A stretch of 64,000 nt of DNA from Azolla caroliniana (taxonomy: Eukaryota > Plantae > Polypodiophyta), in the NCBI GenBank assembly GCA_043228905.1, contig JBHGNT010000005.1, positions 14,446,001 to 14,510,000 of the forward strand, read 5' to 3'. Below the pieces are notes generated by a model. It had not been told where the DNA came from, did no database searches, and was given only the letters and a program-made list of their open reading frames with translations. This document shows, piece after piece, positions 12,193 to 23,100 of this stretch (within the stretch, counting starts at the first letter, position 1; each line of letters opens with the position of its first letter). The position numbers and the translations under genes are program-made.

Positions 12193-12609
12193 GAAGGGGT
12201 TTTATTTCAACTAGATACAGATGGAAGTGTTCTTGTAACACATGGTGGAGTTGAGATGGGACAAGGATTGCATACCAAAATTGTATAAATTGTGATTACT
12301 TCATTTAGTAGTCTTTTGAGTTCACTGTTTATCTCTGAGACAAGCACAAATAAGGTTCCAAAGGTTTCTCCAATAACAGCTTCAGCAAGATCAAACTTGT
12401 ATGGTTAGGTAGTTTTAAATGCATGTGAAGAAATAAAGTCTTGCATGAAGACTGTGGCTGAGAAGGGAACGTTTTCATCAGTCGCAAAGTTGGCGAGTGC
12501 TTGATATTTCCAGCGTATTGATCTGTTAGCTCATGGATTTTATGCTACTCCTGATATTGTATTTGTTTGGAGCATTGGCAAAGGAAAACCCTTCAACTGG
12601 TTCACTTGG
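12193..12609 (+). pseudogene. XDH: Xanthine dehydrogenase (molybdopterin-binding domain) fragment with 3 in-frame stops and no intron
   Basis: Manual translation: [23 protein letters not shown]...ISETSTNKVPKVSPITASARSNLYG*VVLNACEEIK...SA*YFQRIDLLAHGFYATPDI...GKGKPFNWFT. This matches the conserved [15 protein letters not shown] / SETSTDKVPN / RIDLSAHGF motifs. Confidence 0.92.
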
Positions 12610-13189
12610 AAATGGGTGGTAACAAGCAGCATGACTGAGGTGGAAAGAGGAAGCATTAGGTTTGTGTTTACAGACGTTGGAATTTGGTGGTAACCAAATG
12701 TGGAAAGAGGAAGCAAAATGATTGATGTGTTTACAGACGTGCATAAGGAACGTGGTTGTCTTGAAGAAGCACAGAATGTATGATCGACTTCAAAACTGAG
12801 ATGTAGAGGCATGGAATACATTGTTCTCTACCTTGGAAGCTTGTGGTAGCAATATGGAATAGCTTGGAAGCTGTTTATAGAATAATTTTCAGATTACTTG
12901 TTTTATTTATAGAATCATTTTCAGATTAGTTGTCTATTTTCCTCTATTTTGGAGTTCAAAGTTTTGTTTCCTCAACCATCATCTTATAAAGATGAGTTGG
13001 GGAAAATTTTGTATGTTGTAGTTTTTATGACTTTTCTAAAAACTAATGGAAGTATATTTTCTTTTGGAAAAAGAAAATATTTGTGTTCGTGCAAGCATTC
13101 AAATGTTTGGAAACGAACACGTTTGAAATGGGAAAAATACGTGCTCCTTTGTTTTTTTCCTTTTTTTCATTTATTCTCATTACAATTTG

Positions 13190-13253
13190 TCTCACTCCAA
13201 GGTAAGGAGTCATGCTATTGTTGTCTGTGTCTTGGGTTTGATTCCCAATTTTC

Positions 13254-13288
<35 letters not shown>

Positions 13289-13810
13289 GTGTACCATGTC
13301 ATAACAAATTTTTATGTTAGTGTTATAATAATACTTTTTTTCTTTTCTTTTTTAACTATTAGAAGTAAGCACAACCTAGTGGTAAGTTGTTGTGTTATTA
13401 TTACTTATGTCTTGGGTTCAATTCTTAACTTTCTCATAATTTTTTGTTAGTGTCATGTTCTTTTTTCTTCTTTTTCTTTCTTTCTTTGTTATTAGAAATT
13501 AGCTCACCCTTGTGGTAAGTTGTTATGCTACTACTGCTTATGTCATGGCAACATTTTATGTTAGTATCATGTTCCTTTTTTTTCTTTTTTTCACCCTAGT
13601 GGTAAGTTGTTATGCTACTACTGCCAATGTCATGTTTTCTTCATATTCTCGAATATACATTTTATGAGTTTTTGATTGTTTCTTTTTTCTTTTCTTTTTT
13701 TCTTTCTTTGTTATTAGATATTAGGTCACCCTAGTGATAAGTTGTTATGCTACTACTGCCTATGTCATGTTTTCTTCATATTCTCGAATATACGTTTTAT
13801 GAGTTTTTGA
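13190..13810. repeat. Degenerate tandem repeat, ~100-170 bp units, 4-5 copies
   Basis: Recurrent CACCCTAGTGGTAAGTTGTTATGCTACTACTGC..ATGTC core near 13370, 13505, 13592 and 13727. Confidence 0.85.
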
Positions 13811-13899
13811 ACGCTTGATTATAATTTATAATGACATATTTTGATTCAATCTTTATAGTTCATACTCATTTTTTTGTAAAGTTCTAAAGTGAGGATGAT

Positions 13900-14025
13900 A
13901 GAGATGTCTTGATTCTTAAGAAGCATCCCAAAAGTATGCATGTGATACAATGCAAATATTGCAACCATACTTATGTTGGTGGTTCACAATAGATTAGAGT
14001 CCAGTTATTGGGATTGAGAGCGAAT
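13900..14025 (+). pseudogene. BED zinc-finger remnant of a hAT-like transposase
   Basis: Translation from 13921: KHPKSMHVIQCKYCNHTYVGGSQ*IRVQLLGLR, resembling the BED finger CxxC...GGxxRxxxHL(x)G pattern. Confidence 0.6.
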
Positions 14026-14166
14026 CAATATATAATATAAGACCATAGTCAATCCAATCCAACTTTGAGATGATTTACCATACACATTTGATTAAATCAT
14101 TCGCGAATGCGAATGCACGTATGATATGTATGGTTCATTCTATGTATATATATATATACATACATA

Positions 14167-15109
14167 CATAGATTGAGATATTCACATTCGTGGGGCCTCC
14201 CCCACGAATACCAACGAATACGTATGAGAATATTTCTTCCAATATTCGTTAACTTTTTTTTTCCCCTTTTTTTCCCTATTTTTTTTGTGAAAAAATGCAT
14301 TCGACGAGTAGCGAATAGAGAAGAGCTCTGTAGGGAATAGCAATTAGCAATCAACATGGAACAACATCAAACATCGGCTCCTCGAAATTTAGGGTTCGAC
14401 TGCGTCCTTTCCTGCTCCTGCGTAAGACATACACTCGGGCAAAACAATACAAAGCAATAAGAGATATCAATCAAACTAGGGTAAAACAGATATGATCCAA
14501 GATAGAGATCACTCAAATTGGGTTAATCAGAAGGAATCCATAAAAGATACCACTCAGCTTGGGTAGCAAAAGAAAGAAAGGAAAAACAAAAAGAAACAAA
14601 AAGAAACCCATCAAATGTAAAGAGTCAATGAGGTTCAAAGCAGAAGAGAAAGAAGAATCTCATCAAAGGTATCATTTCACATAAATATAGGTTAAGACAG
14701 GAGGAGAGAAACAGGGGGGGGGGTAAGTTATAAAAAATTTCCATGATTTGTTTACCTTGAGATCATAGGAGGGGATGTCTTGGCAGGGGTGGGCAGCAAC
14801 AGCAATCCATAGGTTGTTGTCAAGGATGCCACGGGCAAAAGGCCAAAAGTAAAAGAAGCAGCAATGGCTATGGAAGCTTGAGGCACTCAATGGGTTCCAC
14901 TAGTGGTTTTGATTTTTGAAGACCTTCCATTTTTCGATTAATTGGTGATTTTTCCTTTTTTTTAAGTGAATTGAATAATTTTTATTATGTAAATTTATTT
15001 TCCATAAACGAATGGTTTTATAATATTCTTGGAGCAATTTTATATTCTCGAATACTACGAATATTGCGGATGTCGAATACCACGCATACCACGCATGGGT
15101 CAATCTATG
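14167..15109. mobile_element. Non-autonomous hAT-like TIR element (copy 1)
   Basis: TIR CATAGATTGA...TCAATCTATG; many subterminal CGAAT/ATTCG motifs; both ends homologous to 33676-34420. No recognisable TSD. Confidence 0.75.
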
Positions 15110-15176
15110 TTATTATTCTATATTATAGAATAAGCGATGGTATTATTCATGAACAACTGGAATCGATGATATCAAT

Positions 15177-15341
15177 GATCTGGTTTTTTCTCTGCTCTAC
15201 CTACATTCTCCTTTCCACTGTTTCCTTTTTATTGGGATATCAATGGCTACTACTCACGAGTTCGAATGGCCTTCCAAAGATCTGGTTTTTCTCTGCTCTA
15301 CCTACCTACATTTTCATTTCCACTGTTTCTTTTTTATTGGG
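15177..15341. repeat. ~60 bp direct repeat, 2 copies
   Basis: GATCTGGTTTTT...CTCTGCTCTACCTAC...TTCCACTGTTTC.TTTTTATTGGG at 15177 and 15279. Confidence 0.8.
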
Positions 15342-15939
15342 TTTTATCAGATTCCACCCATATACGCCCGATCTGTATCTGTTTAGACATTCCTGGTGTT
15401 GTCTTGTGTATTATTCCATGTAAACATGATAAGTGGCTTTATATCACCGGAGTGAAATAGATTGACCTAATCCGTCCAACAATAACCATCCTGTTTTTCC
15501 AGAGGTAAGCGAAAAACCTCAAGGGAAGAAGGCAAATCTTTTCACGGTTTGGAAGTAAAGTTCTTTCTCCATTCCTCGCATCAAGATCCATATATTTTAG
15601 GCCCCATTATAATTATGTAGCCTTTCATTGAGGTATCTATGGGTGACGTTCAAGGGTGATATACGGGATTTTGCTGGGTTTTTTATAAGATGGATAGATA
15701 AATAGATGTATTATTAACCTCACAGGAAACTGAATACCATTGACAAGAGAGAGATGATGATGATATAATAAATTGACAAAAGAGAAATTGTTGGAGGTAA
15801 AGAAAGTCGCAATGGTCTTTGTATATGAGATGTTGTGGTTATATTGTTGTCCTTTGACAACTTCTCCTATGTCTCTTGAGTTCTAGCAAGAGAGTCTCAA
15901 GCATTTTTGGTCTTTGTATTCCATTACCTTGCGTATTTG

Positions 15940-16085
15940 GTTAAAGCCTTGTTTGAAGAGGCAATGCCATCTTCCTCTAATTTCATAAACAGTCATATAA
16001 TGGCAAACATAGCATTCTTCTAATTCCACCCATTGATGGCACAATTGGCAGATTTATTCTTCTCTAGTTTTGTGTGCATATTTTC
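15940..16085 (-). mobile_element. Old RTE-X-like LINE C-terminal remnant
   Basis: Similar to 19550-19690 and to the [16 protein letters not shown]...CLFKQGF coding region of the younger copies. Confidence 0.55.
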
Positions 16086-16754
16086 CGATTACAATATGGA
16101 GTGCATGAGATAGATTTGTATCAGGCTTCCGATAATTCCATTGTGTGATGCATGTAAAAAGAGTGTGTTATAGTGAGTTAAGTCCTTACAAGAGATGTTG
16201 TGGGCTAAATGCTCGCTGATTATCCAGCTTAATGATATTAATTCAAATCACTCTATTCTTTTCCAGTTTGCTCATATTTATATTTTTACATTCCAAGCTA
16301 TATTGGAATGGGGTAATGCATTTATACTCATCCTCTGTGATAGGAACTACTCTTGCATTTCATCAGACCGAAAATGATTCTCTCCATGTTCTGCAAGCTG
16401 TTTCGATGATAGAAAGAAAGAAAGATATATTAATGTCTTTTAAGAGAAAGAAAAAATAATTTACTCCTAAACTATGGAGCTTCCCTTTGTAACTATGCTG
16501 TGATCAAAGCATAACAATATAAGATCCATTGATACAAGTAATTTGGAGGATAGAATTCACAAAATAAATAAATGCATATTTAGGAGATGTAGAATGTAAG
16601 TAGACCAGCTTATTAACTCTCAATATCAATGTATATGATATCCCTCGATGAGGTCTTGGTTGTGATTGCTCTGAGGTATCTTGGCACAACCTTTTGAAGA
16701 AGCCTAACATTTTCCGTCGTACAAGCCTAGGTGGCTAGCTATTCCTCAAGAATG

Positions 16755-17052
16755 TTTCTCTAAATTTATAGATGTCTAGTAGAAATAGCCTCAAATATCT
16801 TTGATCATTGAATTTCATGGGTTAAGATAATGATCAAATCTCTCCCTAAAGAGACAGTGGAGGCGCCCTTGAATCTCACAGTAAGCTGTTCAATGATGTA
16901 GCTACCCATCAAGAGTGATTCTCTAAATTTACAGATCTCTAGTAGAAGCAGACCCAAATATCTTTGATTATAGAAGTGCGTGAGTTAGGAGAATGGTCTG
17001 AGCACCTCCCTAAAGAGTAGTGGAAATGCCCTTGGATTTCATTCTAAACTGT
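16755..17052. repeat. Degenerate ~163 bp tandem duplication
   Basis: TTCTCTAAATTTA.AGAT.TCTAGTAGAA...CAAATATCTTTGAT...CTCCCTAAAGAG..AGTGGA..GCCCTTG occurs twice. Confidence 0.75.
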
Positions 17053-18519
17053 GGAACAGCATAGGTTCCTCTGACTTGAGCTTTGTAAGACATATCGAAC
17101 ATATGCTTCTCTGAAGGATTTGTTACAGACATATACTTAAGGGCCAATGGTAAAGGATGATTGAAATGGATTCAAGGGTAATTTAAGTGAGAAACTGGTC
17201 ATCCTACGACTTGGGATATGTAGGAACATTTGGATGTTTGGGAGCCAAAGAAGTTCAGCTATATAAAGGAGTACCCTTCCACATGGCATCCCAAAGAAGC
17301 TTTTGAGATCTGTGGTTGCCTTCACTTCCAAGGTATAATGTAAGGCCATATTTAGTAATATGGGAGGCTTTTATATTCATCCCTTATCCTTTGTTCAGGG
17401 CTGGTTGGTGTAGTTAAGCGTCCTTAATTCTTCTTGTTCGTAATGTTTTAATTAATCTCTTCTCATTAATATTGTTCATAATAGGGTATGCCCTATACCC
17501 ACCTATCCCTCTCCAACTGATGTGATAAGGTGTGGATCTGTGCAATGGTGCATCTCAATCCATGAGATGGATGAATATCCATATATCCAAAGCGTAAGAT
17601 AACTCCATCTTCAATGATGTGGAAAGCATAGTCTCAATAAGCTATCAACTATGCTATCTATGACCCGGAGAAGTTATTATTCTTCTCTTATGAAACTAAT
17701 ACATAATGAAATTAGTTTGGTTTTTTATTAGTTTGCTTATTCTGTGGGAACCCTTGGTGGACAAGTTGATGGTTGCTAGACCAAAGGAAATTATTCACCA
17801 TTAAATCACTTGAAGTTAGGATCTACATATAATCATGTAAAAGTTATGAATGGGTGGGCTAAGGTATTTTTTGAAGAGGCATTGCAGGCCAGCATTAGGT
17901 AGACTTTTGCATTATTCGAACAAACCACTTTTTGATGTAGATCTTGAAATTCAGCTTTAGAGCTAGTTTCATAGATGTGAATTAGGTATTAACGAGCCCA
18001 GAATCTTAAATGCATTTTTTTTTTCATTTATATGATATACTTTTGTGCCGAAATTTAGCTAAAGTAGTGGTTTAATTGAGATTTTCCCTCACTTTGGAAG
18101 TGCCATATGCTGATTTTAGCATCTTCATTTATGGAAAGTCTAATTGTGAAGGAAAGAAAGATAAAATGTCATATCAGACTGAATGAGATATTTCATTTTA
18201 AAATGTGCCGAAGGTAGCAAAGGATCCTTAGTTAAGCATTTAAAATTATGAAGTTAGCGGGACTGAAATTTCTGCCTTAAAAACATCTCCAACATGGGCT
18301 GATCCAAGGTGGAGTGGTTTCCGAAGGGAGAAGCACGAGTGATAATGGCCTTTTATTTGTTTATGACAAAGCTCATGGGGTTGTGGTCTAGATAGATATG
18401 GCCCATGTGCATGAAAATATCCTATTGCTTGATATTTTGCAACATTCGTTTGAATGTTGTGGTCAAAACCCTACTCATGTAACCCTTTATCGACTTGTAA
18501 TGGGAATTAGAATTAGAAT

Positions 18520-19450
18520 TTTTATCGTCCATAAAGAGGCCAATTTTGACCTATGGTACCAGAGTATACATGTGTTCTTGATAGGTGTCTCCTTCCTAAA
18601 AAGGGGTATTCATACATTGAAGTGCAAAGTCTCTATGTGAATAAAGCATACACATATGAGCTCAACCTTCTAGGTGGTATCTTAAGTATGGCACTTAAGT
18701 TATCACACCCTCTTAGTATGTCAACATATCTTGAATAAATTGCACTATATTCCAAGCATGTGAAGAGCAAGTGACATTCATCCTCTACCATGCCTTCATT
18801 GCATACTTTACATGCCTTCAAATTTGTTACATTTTGATACCATGATGCAACTTCAATACCTAACTTGTGAGATTGATGCGAAGTAGTGTAAAGGCTCTAC
18901 GAGCATTACTACTCATATTGGTAATGAGATAAGGTTGGATACAATCAAAAGGCATTCTTGCTTTATATTGAGACCAACATTCAGGGTTGACATTTGCAAT
19001 GTAGTATTCTAGCTTTGTCCTCTTAGCATCTTCTCACTTCATCCTTAATTATTCCACCAGCCTTTCCTCAATCATTACATACTGCATAGTATCTCCCGAA
19101 AGGTCTAAAAGTCATCCACACCGCGTCTTCTAAACCATTTTCATATGTCAACAACCCAACCTGATGTGAGAATTTTACTCTTATGATTCTTTTGTTGCTT
19201 ACATCCAACATTCCAAGCAAGATGTGGTGATCGATGATTCGACATATTCTTGACCTTTGTAATGTATCTATATACTCTTTGGAGTGCCAATATTTCTATG
19301 GGCCGAACACCTGTTTCCAAAAACATAACCTGGTAAGAGGTAGTGCATTTAACTCCTAATTGCCTCCTTAAGAACATCTTTTGAATTTTCTCAATCTCAT
19401 TCCATGCATTAAGAGAGATGGAGCTAAAGAAATTTTTTATGGTATTTTGG
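18520..19450 (-). mobile_element. Degenerate LINE 3' fragment (RTE/RTE-X-like, family distinct from the other copies)
   Basis: IEKIQKMFLRRQLGVKCTTSYQVMFLETG and CKVCNEGMVEDECHLLFTC (ORF2 C-terminal Cys/His motif). Confidence 0.75.
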
Positions 19451-19549
19451 TGTTGGGATTGTATTGTTCTCCTTCGACATCTTTTCTCTATAACCAATGA
19501 AGACCTTGTAAACATCATTGGTTTTCATATTCCATTGCCTTATGGTGAG

Positions 19550-19690
19550 CCAAAGCCTTGTTTGAAGAAGCAGTGCTATCTCCTCCTTGGCTCATGAAAA
19601 CCAGCAGTGGCAAACAGAGTGTTCTGCCAATTTCATACCTTGATGGCACTATTGGCAGGTTCTTTCCATCATAGAGTCATGAGCATATCT
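19550..19690 (-). mobile_element. Old RTE-X-like LINE C-terminal remnant
   Basis: Minus-strand translation ERTCQ*CHQGMKLAEHSVCHC matches [21 protein letters not shown]. Confidence 0.6.
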
Positions 19691-20184
19691 GTCTATATCT
19701 GTTGTGAAGAGATCTTGCAGTGCCCTATTACACTAGGAATACGTGAAAGAGATGTATCCATCTAAGAGAACCAGATGATGAATCCATCCTGAAGGAACAA
19801 GCAATGTGGGACCCTATTCCAAGAGGAGTTTCCTAACTGAGGACTATGCAAGAATTTGAGGACGTTTCATCATTTGTTAAGCCAGTGGTTTAATCAGGCA
19901 TAGACCAGTCTTTGATGTTTCCTTTCATGGAGATAAGGTTACAGAACGCATCCATAGGATTGATTCTGCATGTAGTCTGGAGCAGGATGGAACTGCCTGA
20001 CAATGTTTCTTGAGCTATTGTGTGATATTCTTTGAGTTATGCTTGATTGCTTTACGCATGCATGCATATATTTAGGAGTTCCATTCAACATAAGTGCTTC
20101 ATTGATTTTCCTTCAAGTTCTGAAATAAAGAGATGAAGCTTTATGATTTTGCTCTTATGAATGTTTTTGCTCTATTTTTTGCAG

Positions 20185-23100
20185 ATTCAAAAAGTAAGAG
20201 ATGAAGTTTCTACACTTGCTAATAGTAACATCGGAGATGTGAGGATAGTGGTCTCTCCTTACCGTGTGTGCCCTTTGGGTGCACATATAGATCACCAGGT
20301 GGGTTTTCTTGTTCCTACAAAATTAAGGATGTACTTTTTGAGTTTCAGTAACGTCATGTATATGCTTGACAAAATTCTTGTTGACTCTGAATTGCTCGAA
20401 ATTGTGAATATCCGGGAATTTAGTGGATTCATAGCCTTCTGTTCTTGACATCTTTCTTCAATTAGGTTCATATATTTTGTTATGTTCTATCTGAAGGTGT
20501 ACAGTGCAAGCCAATACCTTATGTTTTAATTGTCGAATTAGAGCTGATTCTAATTACGTACCATAATCATACAAATACCACACTCTAATCAAAATAACAC
20601 GGAGGAATCATTTTAGGAAATTGTTAAGCTTAATGTACATGAAATCCTGCTATTATTTGTGATGGCTCTTCAGAGTCTTTGGTGCACTTTAAAGGCTAGT
20701 CAGCTGCCAACCTCCTGAGGGTCTGCACACAAATTCCATGTTGTCCATGGTTCTTTCTTTTAAATTTTTAATGCACAATATGATGTGAGTTATTGGATCA
20801 GCATTTGATGATGGCAATCGTTATACATGATGCGATCTTGATGCCCAAGGTTAGAAGGTTAGATTACATAAAGATTGTGTATTAAGAGAATATGTATGCA
20901 AGATCTCCTCATAGGTGAAGAGAGCACCAGATATACGAAAGACCTATTTGCCTTTCACAAATAGGGCTGGCAGGTACAAAACACACGATTTGCATGTTCA
21001 TGCTACCGAAGAACCCATCCAGAATCCTCCTTTAGATTTGTGGATAATTTGAGAGGGTGATTCTGAAGAGAGCTATTGAGTTCAGAGATCCTTTTAGCTA
21101 TAGGGTAGGTAGATGTTTATTTTCAAGTTCAGGATACTGAGATTTTCTTGTTATTTGAATAAGCTATCCACAGCTTATACTCTTGAGTCTGGAGATGACC
21201 ACTTGATAGAAAGCAGTCCATACTTCAAGTTGACACTGTCCTATGTAACGTACTACCTGCATCAAGCTTAAATCAGTTTCAATAAACGTATACTGTAGCA
21301 GAATGACGGGACTACGTGAAGGCTGAGCCCATCTATTCTTTAACTGTATCGGGGGCTGGTTTGTATGTGTCAACTTCTTGAAATCTTCATACTTTCCCAG
21401 TTTTGAAGATTCACAATCCAATCTGGATTCAAAGTCCAATTTGCAAGTCATTTGTGATCTGATTCAGCTGCTTATACGTGGGGCATTTCCATTCTCACGA
21501 TTTTGTTCTGGTTTAGCCCCTCTCTTTTACTGCATATGTTTAGCTTGCTCATTCTGTTTATTTTTTTACTCTTAATCCCACTAGTGCACTTATTGATTTT
21601 TCATCCTAGAGCTCATATGGCACCAAGCATGATGATCGTCCTGCCAATGGTATTTACCATAGAAATTAATATCAAGCGTTCCTAATGAACAGGGAGGATC
21701 AGTTACAGCAATGACTGTTGATAAGGGCATTCTTCTTGGGTTTGTTTCTTCAGATGGAAATGAGGTAACATGTAGAGTTTCCATCAATTTTTTGAAGAAT
21801 TATTAATTCATGTCATTTCAAGTGCATGGGGAAAAGTTTTTAGGATTGATTTATGTATTATGTTTAAGCATCGTATATGGTTCTGCAGGTCTTTCTAAAA
21901 TCAAGGCAATTTGCTGGTGATGTGAGATTCAGGTAATTTCATCAAGGCTTATGTAATGGGAATGACTTTCTATGGTCGGTTTGCATGTATGTTTCATGAC
22001 CTTATCCCCTGACTGTGCCGAGGGTTGGGTAAATGGTGAAAGAAAAACTCATACCTATCCTACAGTAATGAAAAATGAGATACAAAAAATTATATGCACA
22101 CCATTGGGAATGAATAATAAAGATAAATCTATAAGAGTTATTGATTATGAATTACATTCAAAGCGGAAGTAATTTTGCTGTCTGAAAATACGAGTATGTG
22201 ATGTACTTGCATTTCAATCCTCCGTGTGATGAAAATAGCAATGTATCGTATTAAAATGGAGATTTATTCTGAGTCTGGAAATATAAATTAGAAAATATTA
22301 AGGAAATTCTCCAAACACAAAAATGTCATTAACAGGACCCGAATAGATAAGATGTGTGGTAATTGAACTCTTCATGGTTATTATTCTCATACATTATGTT
22401 AGTCAAGAGAAGGATAGGTGCTGAACTTCAAAACAAACATGAAATAAGCGCCATAGAAGAGGAAGGAAAATGGGGTGACTATGCTAGAGGCGCAGTTTAT
22501 GCACTAAAGAAAAGAGGATACAATATTCAGCAGGTCATTAAATTGAATGATTAAGCAGTATAATATGTGTGGTTTAACATAACTTCATCAAGTATAATTA
22601 TTTGATGTAGGGTATTATTGGCTTGCTTGATGGAGTGAATGGACTTCATGGTGCTGGCATAAGCTCCTCTGCTGCTGTAAGCTACGATGACAGGAACTTA
22701 ACTCTGGTTTTATTGGAGCTGTTATCATTTTCTTGAAGAAATTATATTCGTCTAGGAATCTCAACTTTCTAGGGCTTCATATTCTATACGCATTTTGTTC
22801 TGTTGGAAACCTCTAGATGAAGCAGTCTGAATTTTGTTATGACCTGACCTAAGCACCTGTGCCTGAGATAATGAGGAAGCACATTAGCTTCATTTCCCTT
22901 CTCAAAATTTAAATTTTCTATAAACTAGGATTACAAATGAAAGCATTAATGATGTGCATTTAGCAAAAAAATCCATGAAATTTGTACCAAATTTGACCAA
23001 GTGACTTTCTGTATAGATTGATATGATCTAGATGTCATGATTGTAACAATGCACAGATTTTGATATGGGTGTGTGACTCGCAGCAACCAGTCTGGTTCAA

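Noticed and set aside
11390-13810. Repeat arrays as possible CRISPR
   Set aside because: Long degenerate units without unique spacers; eukaryotic context; no cas genes.
14971-15423. 150-aa hydrophobic ORF
   Set aside because: Runs across a MITE terminus and a T-rich direct repeat; compositional artefact.
15481-15640. Candidate GalAK first exons (GAG/GTAAGC at 15504; ATGTAGCCTTTCATTGAG/GTATCT at 15615-15632)
   Set aside because: The first has an in-frame stop and no ATG; the second has TAG right after ATG. Cannot be assigned without cDNA.
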